64,000 nucleotides of DNA, taken from NCBI GenBank assembly GCA_965223325.1, contig CBDCWI010000002.1:96001-160000 (forward strand), given 5' to 3'. The notes beneath the pieces are model-generated. The model did not search any database. It was not told where the DNA came from and was given only the letters and a program-made list of their open reading frames with translations. The translations under genes and the position numbers were made by a program. Each line of letters opens with the position of its first letter. The stretch's first letter is position 1. Positions 31,048-41,506 of the stretch are shown piece by piece. Source of the stretch: Candidatus Multivoradales bacterium (lineage in GTDB: Bacteria; Acidobacteriota; Thermoanaerobaculia; Multivoradales; Multivoraceae).

Positions 31048-32871
31048 ATGGACAGAGCGGTCACCGAACGGATTCGCGGGCTGCCTGACTCGCCCGGCAT
31101 CTACATCTTTCTGTCCGAGGATCAGTCGCCGCTCTACATTGGCAAGGCCGGGTCGCTCAGAAAACGCGCCGCGGCCTACCTCAAGCCACAGCCCGATGCT
31201 CGGCTGCAGGCGATGGTGCGCGAGGCCCACGCTCTCGACTTCGTGGTCACCGACTCGGAAGCCGAGGCGCTGTTGCTCGAGAACAACTGGATCAAGCATC
31301 GCAAGCCGCGTTACAACATTCGACTGCGCGACGACAAGACCTACCCCTACCTCAAGCTCACCCTCGGTGAGCCCTGGCCCCGGCTGGTGTTTACGCGGCG
31401 CATCATCGACGACGGTTCGGAGTACTACGGTCCCTACCTTCCGGCTGGGCGGGCGCGCAAGGCAATCAAGCTGACCCAGAAGTTGTTTGGTATCCGGGTA
31501 TGTCGCATCGAGATCGACGGTCAACTGCCGCGCCCGTGCCTCTACTGGGACATGCAGCGTTGTCTGGGACCCTGCGTCGACGGTTTGACCGATCACGAGA
31601 GCTACTTGGAGGGAGTCGAGCGGGCTCGCTCCTTTCTTTCCGGACGCACCCAGAACCTGGTGGCGGAGCTCAAGGGGCAGATGCGTGCGGCGGCGGATAC
31701 CCTCGAGTTCGAGGCCGCGGCACAGGTTCGCGACCTGATCGCCGAGATCGGAACCCTCGAGGAGCGCCAGAAACTCTCTGAGAGTCGCGGGGATGACGTC
31801 GACACCTACGGTGTGCATGTGCAGGGTGACCACGCAGCGGTGGTCATCCTGGTGATGCGCGCTGGGCAGGTGCTCGATCGGCGCGAGCTGTTCTGGGAGG
31901 GCGAGGGCAACGTCGATCCGGCGCGCCTGCTCTCAGAGTTGCTTCCGCAAATCTACGATCGCACCACCTTCGTTCCCAAAGAGGTGCACCTGCCGATGCC
32001 GATCGAGGGACACGATGCCCTCGAGCGCTGGCTGAGCGAACGCAAGGAGGAACGCGTCTATCTGCGCTACCCATCGCGCGGTAAGAAGGCGGATCGCATC
32101 GAACTGGCGCGCAAGAATGCTCGCCTGGCCCATCGCCGGCGGTTCCGTGCGAGTCGCGAGCGCGCCGCGGCGGCGGCCGCCTTGAAGAGCCACCTGGATC
32201 TCGACCAACCACCACAACGCATCGAGGGTTTCGACGTCTCGACGCTTCAGGGCTCCGAGATCGTCGCCTCGATGGTGGTCTGGGAAGACGGCAAGATGAA
32301 CAAGAGCGAGTACCGCTCGTTCAACATTCGTGGCCTCGACGACACCGACGACTTCGCCTCGATCCGTCAGGCAGTCTGGAGGCGCTACCGGCGTCGACTC
32401 GACGAGGTGGGCGAGATGCCCGACCTGATCCTGGTCGACGGCGGTCGCGGGCAGCTCAACGCAGCACTCCAGGCGCTGGCCGAGCTCGGGGTCGAGGACA
32501 CCCCGATCGTCGGCCTGGCGAAAGCCGAAGAGGAGATCTACCGGCCGGATCTGCCGGCTCCCATGCGCCTCGAGCGCACCGACCGGGCGCTGCAGCTGTT
32601 GCAGATGGTTCGTGACGAAGCGCATCGTTTCGCCGTCAGTCGTCATCGTCGACGGCGCTCGAAGCGCACCCTGCGCAGTGGCTTCGACGACCTGGCGGGC
32701 ATCGGGCCCAAGCGTCGTCGCCTGCTCGTGCGGCGGTTCGGTAGCTTCCGCGGTGTGCGCGAGGCCTCCCTTGCGGATCTGCAGGAAGTGCTGGGCGAGC
32801 GGCTGGGAGGGTCGGTGTGGAACCAGCTTCATCCCACCGGGCAGGCAAGATCCGAGCAGTCGGTCAGCTGA
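31048..32871 (+). CDS. uvrC: excinuclease ABC subunit C
   Basis: GIY...YIGKA, four-Cys cluster, IEGFDVS, VDGGRGQ, RDEAHRFA, HhH GIGPKRR. Confidence 0.97.
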   Translation: MDRAVTERIRGLPDSPGIYIFLSEDQSPLYIGKAGSLRKRAAAYLKPQPDARLQAMVREAHALDFVVTDSEAEALLLENNWIKHRKPRYNIRLRDDKTYPYLKLTLGEPWPRLVFTRRIIDDGSEYYGPYLPAGRARKAIKLTQKLFGIRVCRIEIDGQLPRPCLYWDMQRCLGPCVDGLTDHESYLEGVERARSFLSGRTQNLVAELKGQMRAAADTLEFEAAAQVRDLIAEIGTLEERQKLSESRGDDVDTYGVHVQGDHAAVVILVMRAGQVLDRRELFWEGEGNVDPARLLSELLPQIYDRTTFVPKEVHLPMPIEGHDALERWLSERKEERVYLRYPSRGKKADRIELARKNARLAHRRRFRASRERAAAAAALKSHLDLDQPPQRIEGFDVSTLQGSEIVASMVVWEDGKMNKSEYRSFNIRGLDDTDDFASIRQAVWRRYRRRLDEVGEMPDLILVDGGRGQLNAALQALAELGVEDTPIVGLAKAEEEIYRPDLPAPMRLERTDRALQLLQMVRDEAHRFAVSRHRRRRSKRTLRSGFDDLAGIGPKRRRLLVRRFGSFRGVREASLADLQEVLGERLGGSVWNQLHPTGQARSEQSVS

Positions 32872-33063
32872 GAAGGGCCGACCCCGGTGCGAAGCGTTGT
32901 GCCCGGGCCGCGGCCCAGGGTTCGTCGGGTGAAGGCGCAGAAGCCAGATCGTTCGTAGATTTCGTATGATTCACGAGGATTTCTTCCTGGTGCTGGGAAG
33001 GTCCAGAGATCCACCAAGAATGCTGAACCGTTTCCCAGCGCGGGATGCGAACCGAGACCCTGC

Positions 33064-34566
33064 ATGACGATTGAACGCGGACAACTTTCTCGCGGCACCC
33101 TGGTCGCTCTGTTTCGGGAGCTTTTCCGTGAGAAGGCGACCGGCCTCCTGCGAGTGCAGAGCGACGACCAGGAGCGTCGATTCCACCTCGTTCGTGGCGA
33201 TCTGCACCTGATTGGCAAGCACAGCCTCGCCGAGCCGCTGCGAGCGCTGCTCACGCTGCAGTCGGAGCGCCGGGCGCGGGGCGACGAGCCCGGCGACTCG
33301 ACACCGTCGCGGGCCGACCTGCTGGCGCAGTTACAAGTCCTCGTGCAGCGCATCGCCGATGTCCTGGTGTCCGTCGACAACGGGGAGTGGATCTTCGACA
33401 GCGATATCGAGTCGCTTCCCGGCGATCTCGTCGGCCCCTTTCCGACCGCGTCCCTGATCATGGAAGCGTCGGTGCGCGGGCGCACCGAGGAGGAGCTGCT
33501 CGCCGACCTCGGGGGCGAAGAGGCGAAGGTCGCCGCCGCGCCTTCGGCGATTGACAACACCTCGGCGATCAGCATCGATCCGGGCGAGATGTTCCTGCTT
33601 TCGCGCGCCGAGAGCCCGACCACGATCGGGGAACTCCTGCGCCAGGTTGCCAGTGACCGCCCGAGCGCGATACGGATGCTCGCGCGCCTCTTTGCGGTCG
33701 ATCTGCTCGAAGAGGTGGTGTCCCACCAGGCCGGCCCGGACAGCCACCAGACCCGGCTTGTTGACACCATGATCGAACGCTTCCTCGACCGCATCGGCAA
33801 GAGGCTCGACGAGGACCCATTGGCGCTCGACGCCGAAAAGCACCGTACCTGGATTGGCAAGCTTCTGGCCCAGGTCGGCAGCATGACGCACTACGAGCTG
33901 CTCGATATCGGGTTTCATGACTCCGAGGAAAAGGTCCACGAGGCCTATGAAGAACTCGCCAGGTTGGTGCACCCCAAGCACGTCGAACGACTGGGGCTGG
34001 TGGGGCGCGAGGGGGCGGTGCGCCTGCTCTTCGAGCGCGCCACGCTGGCCTACGTCACCCTGGCCGACTCTGAGCGCCGGGCGGCCTACAACCAGGAGGC
34101 CGGCATCGAGGCTCCGGCACTCGCGTCGCCCGAAGAACGGTCGGCGGAGGAGAGCGAAATGGGGCGCTCCCAGTACGAGCGGGCGCTCGAACTGGTCGAG
34201 AACGAAGACTGGCACTTCGCCCTCGAACTCGCTCGCCAGGCAGTCCGCAACGAGCCCAAGGCCGAGTACTGGGCGCTCCTCGGCCGCATCCAGACCCAGA
34301 ACCCCAACTGGGCGGGCAAGGCCGCCGAGGCCTACCGCAACGCTGTCCGTCATGCCCCTGAGAACCCCCAGTACCGGCTACAGCTCGCCACTCTGATGGA
34401 GCAACAGGGCGAGATCGAGCGCGCCCGGGTGCACTATCGCGCGGCGTTCCAGAAAGACGCCACCCTGATCGAGGCTGCCGAGGCGCTCGAGCGGCTGGGT
34501 GTGTCGACCGGCCGCAAACCGAACGAGAGCGGCCTCATGCGGGTTTTCAAGCGGCTTCTGGGGTGA
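33064..34566 (+). CDS. DUF4388/PATAN-like + J-like domain + TPR protein
   Basis: N-terminal TGLLRV..RRFHLVRG, J-like THYELLDI..AYEELARLVHPKH..AYVTLAD..RRAAY, C-terminal TPRs. Confidence 0.75.
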   Translation: MTIERGQLSRGTLVALFRELFREKATGLLRVQSDDQERRFHLVRGDLHLIGKHSLAEPLRALLTLQSERRARGDEPGDSTPSRADLLAQLQVLVQRIADVLVSVDNGEWIFDSDIESLPGDLVGPFPTASLIMEASVRGRTEEELLADLGGEEAKVAAAPSAIDNTSAISIDPGEMFLLSRAESPTTIGELLRQVASDRPSAIRMLARLFAVDLLEEVVSHQAGPDSHQTRLVDTMIERFLDRIGKRLDEDPLALDAEKHRTWIGKLLAQVGSMTHYELLDIGFHDSEEKVHEAYEELARLVHPKHVERLGLVGREGAVRLLFERATLAYVTLADSERRAAYNQEAGIEAPALASPEERSAEESEMGRSQYERALELVENEDWHFALELARQAVRNEPKAEYWALLGRIQTQNPNWAGKAAEAYRNAVRHAPENPQYRLQLATLMEQQGEIERARVHYRAAFQKDATLIEAAEALERLGVSTGRKPNESGLMRVFKRLLG

Positions 34567-34605
34567 GTAGGGAAGCGCATGGTTTTACCATGCGCTTCCC
34601 TACTC
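34565..34605. terminator. perfect 19-bp inverted repeat (terminator/stability hairpin)
   Basis: GAGTAGGGAAGCGCATGGT-TTT-ACCATGCGCTTCCCTACTC, starting within the stop codon of the J-like gene. Confidence 0.7.
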
Positions 34606-34836
34606 GTCCTATCAGAGGGGCAATGCGCAAGCGGTCCGTCGCGCGGGCCTCCTGCCGAGGGCTTCGCCCTGCAGGTGCGATCTCTTCGCGCGGTTCGCTT
34701 GTCGCGCGCATTGCATTGTCGGGATTGCCACTTCCTTTCTCGGGACTGGGACCGAGGTGCCGCGGTCCCTGGCACCGCGGGGTTTGGCTCTGCGGGATCC
34801 GCCCCCTCGGCCGTGGTTCCGGGCTAGACTCGGAGT

Positions 34837-35256
<420 letters not shown>

Positions 35257-35291
35257 ACTTCTCGGATGCCGCCGACGGCTAGACTTGCGGG

Positions 35292-36329
35292 GTGAGCACG
35301 CCCCCTCTCGGTCCAGTCCTGCCACCTCCCGTGCACCCCGGTGCGCGGGTGGGAATCGCGGCGCTTTCTGGCCGGCCGGCGGAACGTGCCCTCGAGCGGG
35401 GGCTGGAGCGTCTGCGCGCGCTTGGCTATGAGCCTGTCCTGGCGTCGAACCTCGAGACACTCGCCGAGGGTCCCTCGATGTTTGCGGGTTGCGATCACGA
35501 CCGCCTGGCGGGGTTTCATGCCCTGGCGGCAGACGAAACGATTGAGGCGATCGTCTTCGCCCGCGGCGGCCATGGCCTGCTGCGCGTGCTGCCGGAAATC
35601 GATTGGGAGCTCCTGGCGCGTCGCCCGCGGCTCTACATGGGCTATTCGGATCTCACGCCCTTCCTACACCAGGTCGTCAGGCGTCTGGGATGGATTGCGT
35701 TTCATGGCCCGATGGTCGCACCCGACCTGGGGCGCGAAGAGTTCTCCGAGTTGGAGGAGAGAGCCTTCAGTGCCAGCTTCGAGGGCCGTATCGGGCGCAG
35801 TTTCGAGCTCGAGGTCCTGGCGCGCGGCGGTCAGGAACGGCCGGTCGTAGGGCCGCTCGATGGCGGCTGTCTGAGCCTTCTGGTTGCCAGTCTGGGAACC
35901 CCCTGGGCACCGTGTTTCAGGGGCTCTGTGGTCTTTCTCGAGGACGTCGGAGAGCCGGGCTACCGCCTTGATCGAATGTTGACCCAGCTATCCCTCTCGG
36001 ATACCCTTGACCGCGTGGTTGGGATTGTTCTTGGCCATCTTTCGGCGATTGACGAGAATTCCGAGAGTTGTTCTCCCAAGGGCTCCGGAGCGCCTGAGGC
36101 TTCTGCCCAGTCGGGGGAAGAATGGAGAACAGCCCTGATCGAGGTTTGCAACGGTAGCGGCCGAGTGCTTCTGGCCGGGCTTCCAGCAGGTCATTCGACA
36201 CCAAACATTCCCCTTCCCCTTGGTGCCGCGGTCACCCTCGACCCAGTCGCCGGTCAGCTCGAGATTCACCCCCCCAACAGTCACTTTGATGCCTCAACTC
36301 TTGGCACTTTGATGCCTCAACCACTTTGA
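35292..36329 (+). CDS. LD-carboxypeptidase (peptidase S66, LdcA/MccF family)
   Basis: ARGGHG, catalytic GYSD, FHGPM, FLEDVGE, AGH. Confidence 0.92.
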   Translation: MSTPPLGPVLPPPVHPGARVGIAALSGRPAERALERGLERLRALGYEPVLASNLETLAEGPSMFAGCDHDRLAGFHALAADETIEAIVFARGGHGLLRVLPEIDWELLARRPRLYMGYSDLTPFLHQVVRRLGWIAFHGPMVAPDLGREEFSELEERAFSASFEGRIGRSFELEVLARGGQERPVVGPLDGGCLSLLVASLGTPWAPCFRGSVVFLEDVGEPGYRLDRMLTQLSLSDTLDRVVGIVLGHLSAIDENSESCSPKGSGAPEASAQSGEEWRTALIEVCNGSGRVLLAGLPAGHSTPNIPLPLGAAVTLDPVAGQLEIHPPNSHFDASTLGTLMPQPL

Positions 36330-36357
36330 TGCCTCAACTCTTGGCACTTTGATGCCC
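36282..36357. repeat. four direct copies of CACTTTGATGCC (23+17+23 bp spacing)
   Basis: Copies start at 36282, 36305, 36322 and 36345, forming a duplicated 40-bp unit. Confidence 0.92.
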
Positions 36358-36523
36358 TTTTCCTTTTTGGCAACCTGCGAGCGCCTCGCAGGGCCAAGGC
36401 GCCCTTTCCAGACTCCGCAGGCCAGGCCATCGGCACCTCAAGATCTGAATCTTCTCCCATGATCCTTCGACGCATGACAGAACCCCCTCAGCCAGGCGCG
36501 ACGCACAGTCGCGAGGTCAGCGC

Positions 36524-37321
36524 ATGAAGACCGTCTTCAAGACCGGTGGCGCGGGCAAGGCTGCGCAGGCTGACTTCAGCGTTGAGTTCGATACCGGGGA
36601 TTACCTTTTTCGAGAAGGCGATCTCGGCACCGAGATGTTCATCGTCCAGGAAGGCACCGTCGAGATCATGAAGACGGTCGACGGCGAAGAGCGGCAGCTG
36701 GCGGTGATGGCGAAAGGCGACTTCTTCGGCGAGATGTCGGTGCTCGAAGACATGCCGCGTACGGCCTCGGCACGGGCACTCGAACCATCGCGCCTGCTCG
36801 AGATCAACGGTTCGACGTTCGACCAGATGCTGCGGACGACGCCCGAAATTGCGGTCCGCCTGATGCGCAAGCTGGCGCGTCGTCTGCGTGAGACGGACCG
36901 CCTGCTTGCAGATGACATCCGCATGTCGGGCTCCAACCTGCGCTCTCACGAGGCGCCGCCACCGGCCTCGGGAGGCGTCAAGGTCATGGGAGCCCACCGC
37001 TTGCGTGATCTGGACTCCGGGGAGGAGTTTCACCTTGCTGCCAGTGGTGAGACCCTGATTGGTCGTGAAGATCCAGTCACCGGCATCAATCCAGATGTCG
37101 ACCTCACCGAGGCCGATACCCAGCGCTCGACCAGTCGTAGGCATGCGAAGATTCATCGTCGTGGCGACAAGTTCTTCCTCACCGAGGAAATCGGGACGAC
37201 CAACGGCACCTTCCTCAACGGAGTGCGTGCCGAAACCGGCGTCCCCGTCGAGGTCCAGGAGGGCGACGAAGTCCAGTTCGGGCTCGTCAAGCTCATCTTC
37301 CTCAGCGGCACCGACCCCTGA
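36524..37321 (+). CDS. cyclic-nucleotide-binding + FHA domain protein
   Basis: cNMP cassette FFGEMSVLEDMPRTASA. FHA motifs LIGR, STSRRHA and TTNGTFLNG. Confidence 0.9.
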   Translation: MKTVFKTGGAGKAAQADFSVEFDTGDYLFREGDLGTEMFIVQEGTVEIMKTVDGEERQLAVMAKGDFFGEMSVLEDMPRTASARALEPSRLLEINGSTFDQMLRTTPEIAVRLMRKLARRLRETDRLLADDIRMSGSNLRSHEAPPPASGGVKVMGAHRLRDLDSGEEFHLAASGETLIGREDPVTGINPDVDLTEADTQRSTSRRHAKIHRRGDKFFLTEEIGTTNGTFLNGVRAETGVPVEVQEGDEVQFGLVKLIFLSGTDP

Positions 37322-37334
37322 CGTAAGCGGGTCG

Positions 37335-39521
37335 GTGGGCGGAAGCCGTGGGGCTCGCACGAGCTCGTTTCTGCAGCAGCCCCTCGATGTCCTGCCTGGG
37401 ATCGGTCCGGTACGCCGCGATCGACTGGCGGCGCTGGGCTACGTGTGTGTCGCCGACCTGCTCTTTTGTCTGCCCCGCGACTGGGAAGACCGCCGCTCGC
37501 TGGCAGAGGTGGCAGAGCTCGACGACCGCCGCATTGGCGAAGCCGTGACCCTGCGTGGCGCAATCAAGGGCGCTCGCCTCCTTCGTACCCGCAAGCGCAA
37601 CCTGACCATCGTCCAGGCGCGCTTCGAGGACGAGCGCGGCGCCGAGCTGCCCCTGGTCTGGTACAACCAGCCCTGGTTGGCGAAGCGTTTCAGCAATCCG
37701 CGCGAGCGTTGGGAGGTTCACGGCAAGCTGAGCGGGAGACGCGGCGGCGGAGTCCAGCTGAGCGGCCCGAGTGTCGAGCCGTACCCGGTGTATCCGGCCG
37801 ACGAGGATTCCCCGACCAGCGCTGCTGGTGGAGAAGTGGTCACCGGCTCGAGTGCCCAGGTCGAGCGGCCAGGCACCCTCGTGCCACTCTACCCGGCGCT
37901 TGGTTCCCTGGGACCGACAGCGGTTCGGCGTTTGCTCGGCGAAGTGATCCGGCAGATCGATTGGGATGACCTTCCTGAGCCACTTCCGTCCGAGCTCTTG
38001 GCTCGATATCGGTTGCCTGACCTGGGTGGCGCCCTCCGCACGCTGCATTCTCCGCCCGACGACACCGCGGTGGAGGCGCTGAGGAGTCGCCATTCCCCCG
38101 CCTGGCGACGGCTGCTCTACGGCGAGCTCCTCCTCCTCCAGCTTCGTCTCGCCGTCCGGCGGCGCGAGCGCCTGCACAGCGGGCGCTCGCGTTCCTACGA
38201 CTTCGATGCCGCGCGCGGGGTAGCCCGCTCTCGCCTGCCCTTTCGGCTGACCGAAGCGCAACGACGGGTGGCACGCGAAATCGCCGACGACATGCGCACT
38301 CCCGGGCCGATGATGCGGTTGGTTCAAGGTGACGTGGGCTGCGGCAAGACCGTTCTGGCGGCACTGATGATGATTCTCGCCGCCGAGAGCTCCTTTCAAG
38401 CAGCCTTTCTCGCCCCCACCGAGCTGCTCGCCGAGCAACATCACCGCAGCCTGCAGAAGTTACTCGGCGACCGGCAGCCGGTGGCCCTGTTGACGGCGTC
38501 GGTACCCGATGCCGGGAACGTTCGGCGACAACTGGCGACCGGCGACTGTCGACTGGTCGTGGGCACCCACGCCCTCCTCGAAGACAAGACGTGCTTCGCT
38601 GACCTCGCCCTGGCGATTGTCGATGAGCAGCACCGGTTCGGGGTCGAACAACGGCAGACCCTGCGTCGGAAGGGGCGCGATACCGACGTGCTGATCATGA
38701 CCGCGACGCCGATTCCTCGCAGCCTCGCTCTGACCGTTTGGGGAGACCTCGACCTGTCGGTGATCGATGAGTTGCCGCCGGGGCGCACGCCGGTCGAAAC
38801 CCGACTGCTGGCCGCGAACCAGCGTCGCCAGGCTTATGACGACCTCGAAGTCGCGCTTCGGCGCGGTGAGCAGGGCTACGTCGTGGTGCCGCGCATCGAC
38901 GAATCCGACGACCAGGTGACGGCCTCGATCGAGCGGCTTCAAAGAGAGCTCACGACGCGCTTTGGTGGCCAGCTCGGAATCGTTCACGGTCGACTTCCTG
39001 GCGAAGAACGACGCGCGATCATGGCGCGTTTCGAACGCGGTGAGCTCGGCGTCTTGCTGGCGACGACGGTCATCGAAGTCGGCGTCGACGTTTCCAGCGC
39101 GACTCGCCTGGTGATCGAGAACGCGGAGCGCTTCGGTCTGGCCCAACTGCATCAACTGCGCGGCAGAGTCGGCCGCGGGGAGGTCCCTTCGCGCTGCTGG
39201 GTGATCCACGGGAACATCAAACCGGAGGCGAGAGCCAGACTGGAAGTGCTCGCCCGTCACCTCGATGGTTTCCAGATCGCCGAGGCCGACCTCGAGATGC
39301 GCGGGGCCGGTGAGCTGATCGGCACCCGGCAGGCCGGCGCAGGGCCGCTCTCGCGACTGGCGCATGGCGACTCGGATTGGCTCGAGCGGGCGCAGGCCGA
39401 CGCCCGCCGGCTCGCCGAAGAAGCCGGCCCCGCCGACCTGGCGCGCCTGGTCGCGACCCTCGAGCGCCCACTCCTCGCCGGCGAAGAGGGCCGTCGCGTC
39501 CGTTCGAGGATGCTTCGGTGA
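37335..39521 (+). CDS. recG: ATP-dependent DNA helicase RecG
   Basis: QGDVGCGKT, DEQHRFG, MTATPIPRSL, QLHQLRGRVGRG, DLEMRGAGE..G.RQ.G. Start approximate. Confidence 0.95.
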   Translation: MGGSRGARTSSFLQQPLDVLPGIGPVRRDRLAALGYVCVADLLFCLPRDWEDRRSLAEVAELDDRRIGEAVTLRGAIKGARLLRTRKRNLTIVQARFEDERGAELPLVWYNQPWLAKRFSNPRERWEVHGKLSGRRGGGVQLSGPSVEPYPVYPADEDSPTSAAGGEVVTGSSAQVERPGTLVPLYPALGSLGPTAVRRLLGEVIRQIDWDDLPEPLPSELLARYRLPDLGGALRTLHSPPDDTAVEALRSRHSPAWRRLLYGELLLLQLRLAVRRRERLHSGRSRSYDFDAARGVARSRLPFRLTEAQRRVAREIADDMRTPGPMMRLVQGDVGCGKTVLAALMMILAAESSFQAAFLAPTELLAEQHHRSLQKLLGDRQPVALLTASVPDAGNVRRQLATGDCRLVVGTHALLEDKTCFADLALAIVDEQHRFGVEQRQTLRRKGRDTDVLIMTATPIPRSLALTVWGDLDLSVIDELPPGRTPVETRLLAANQRRQAYDDLEVALRRGEQGYVVVPRIDESDDQVTASIERLQRELTTRFGGQLGIVHGRLPGEERRAIMARFERGELGVLLATTVIEVGVDVSSATRLVIENAERFGLAQLHQLRGRVGRGEVPSRCWVIHGNIKPEARARLEVLARHLDGFQIAEADLEMRGAGELIGTRQAGAGPLSRLAHGDSDWLERAQADARRLAEEAGPADLARLVATLERPLLAGEEGRRVRSRMLR

Positions 39522-40858
39522 GGGTCCTGCTGATCGTCAACACCCTGCCTCCCGATGATCTTTCGGGCGCTGGTGAACAGGTTGTCCAGCTCGCAGGAGG
39601 ACTGCTCGAGCATGGCTGTGAGGTCGAGATTCTGGGGCGCGGCCCGGGTGGCGCCCCCGGCCCCAAAGTGTTGTTTCCGCTCCTCGTTCTGCCGGCGGCG
39701 ATACGCAAGATCAGAGCGAGCCGGCCCGACGTCGTCCAGGTGCACGAGAGCGACGGTGGTCTGGTGGCACTGTGGTGTCGTTGGCGGAGACGGTGGGCAG
39801 GGAAGACACCTCTCCTGGTCGCACTGCAGCAAGTGTCCTACGTCGAGGAGCGGCGCGCCGTGCGTCCACTCCTCGATCGCGAGACCGATCGCGTTCTCGC
39901 CCGTCCGACTCCCGTCGAGCGGCGCTGGCGACGACGCACACCGCTACACATCTTCCTGGGGCGCGCCAGCGCTCGTGCTGCCGACCTGGTGCTCGTGCCG
40001 AGTCAAAAGACCGGGCGCGAGGTCGAACGCCACTACGGAGTCCGCCAGACCTCCGTGGTACCCAACGCCACCGGCGCAGATGTCGCCGGCGTCCTCGAAA
40101 GGCTGACACCGCACGGTGCGCTCGAAGCGCCTCAGGTACCGCCGCCCGTCGAGGCTTCGACTGCGACTTCAATCGGCACTTCGGGTGACGAAGACGCGGT
40201 GCAGCCGTACTTCTTGTTCGTCGGGCGCCTGCGGATTCGCAAGGGTGTCGAGGTCCTGCTCAGAGCCATCGAACACGCTGAGGGTGACGCGGGCGAGAGT
40301 GTCGAGTTGCCCAGGCTTCTCATCGTCGGCGATGGCGAGCGCCAGAGAGTGATCGAGGAAGCGATCGGGGAAGCGTTCGAGGAGGTGAATGTCGCGATGC
40401 TCGGCCGAAAGTCGGCGGCGGAGATCGCGGCTCTCCTCGACCAGGCCCTGGCGTTGGTGGTTCCCTCGACCTACGAGGGCATGCCGCTGGTCATTCTGGA
40501 GGCGATGTCACGCGGGGTGCCGGTGATCGCTTCACGCGTCAGTGGAATCCCCGAGGTGGTCGTCGACGGTGAGACCGGCTGGCTGGTCGAGTCGGAGCAT
40601 CCGCGCGCGCTGTCTGAGGCCCTGCTGGAGGCGGCAGCGGATCGCCGGGAAGCGCGCCGCCGAGGCGTGGCCGGTCGTCGCCGTCTCGAGGGGCGCTACC
40701 GCCCGGTGGATGTCGCTCGAGAGTGGCTCACGGTGGTGACGGCGCTTCTGCCTCCGGCCCCGCGTGACCCCGGAGAGGAGTGTTCTAGCGCCAGCGCGGC
40801 GCCCTCTCCCGAAGCGCGGGAGTCAGTCTCCACAGAGCCATCGCCTATGGAAGACTAG
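39518..40858 (+). CDS. glycosyltransferase family 4
   Basis: GTG overlaps the recG stop. FLFVGRLRIRKG, PSTYEGMPLVILEAM, ASRVSGIPEVV. Confidence 0.9.
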   Translation: MRVLLIVNTLPPDDLSGAGEQVVQLAGGLLEHGCEVEILGRGPGGAPGPKVLFPLLVLPAAIRKIRASRPDVVQVHESDGGLVALWCRWRRRWAGKTPLLVALQQVSYVEERRAVRPLLDRETDRVLARPTPVERRWRRRTPLHIFLGRASARAADLVLVPSQKTGREVERHYGVRQTSVVPNATGADVAGVLERLTPHGALEAPQVPPPVEASTATSIGTSGDEDAVQPYFLFVGRLRIRKGVEVLLRAIEHAEGDAGESVELPRLLIVGDGERQRVIEEAIGEAFEEVNVAMLGRKSAAEIAALLDQALALVVPSTYEGMPLVILEAMSRGVPVIASRVSGIPEVVVDGETGWLVESEHPRALSEALLEAAADRREARRRGVAGRRRLEGRYRPVDVAREWLTVVTALLPPAPRDPGEECSSASAAPSPEARESVSTEPSPMED

Positions 40859-40864
40859 GCGCCG

Positions 40865-41416
40865 ATGAACGTCATGACGACACGCCTGATGGGGCGCTTG
40901 ATGTTGTTGATCGGAGTTCTGGCGTTGGTCCTCCTGGTGGCCTGCTCGCTGGCGGCTCCGGTTGGCGACGAAGCGACGCTCGAGGGCCTCCAGTCCCACC
41001 TCTTGGTCGGGCTCCTGGCGGTTCTGATGCTCGCCTTCTCCCAGGGATGGATTGTGCTCTTCCTGCTGGGCAGTGGGGTGGCCTTGTCACGCAGCCTGGC
41101 CGACCCGGGCAGCGGGTTGCCCGCCCTTTCCGAGACCAGCGCTGCCATGGCAAGGAGGCAGTCGCGATCGGCGCGCCTTCTGGTGCTTCCCTGGAGTATT
41201 CTCGCTGCACTTCTGGTCGTTCTGGTGTTCGTCGTGGGTAGCCGTGCCTACTCTGGCGAGATCTCCTCGGAGTGGCATCTCAACCTGGCGGTGGCGGCCA
41301 TCGCAGTGCAAGCACTTTCGATCGTGTTGGCATGGTTCGGGCTCGAACGCAACCAGCGCGCGCTCGAGCTTCTCGTCGGCAAGCGGCTGCCGAAGGTTGG
41401 TTCGGTCGAAGGCTGA
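40865..41416 (+). CDS. hypothetical 4-TM membrane protein
   Basis: Four hydrophobic segments, with His residues at the start of two of them. Confidence 0.65.
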   Translation: MNVMTTRLMGRLMLLIGVLALVLLVACSLAAPVGDEATLEGLQSHLLVGLLAVLMLAFSQGWIVLFLLGSGVALSRSLADPGSGLPALSETSAAMARRQSRSARLLVLPWSILAALLVVLVFVVGSRAYSGEISSEWHLNLAVAAIAVQALSIVLAWFGLERNQRALELLVGKRLPKVGSVEG

Positions 41417-41506
41417 GCCGGTTGCCGTCTGCCTTGTCCTGAGTTGGCTGAGCGAGCGCGACGAGAAGCGTCCAAACGGTGTGTGGTGCCCATGGAAGGT
41501 CAGATC

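Noticed and set aside
36301-36316. TTGGCACTTTGATGC as a sigma-54 promoter (second copy at 36341)
   Set aside because: GG-to-GC spacing is 9 nt rather than the required 10.
36282-36357. Mini-CRISPR array
   Set aside because: The repeats are only 12-17 bp, the intervening sequences are themselves repeated, and no cas genes are present.
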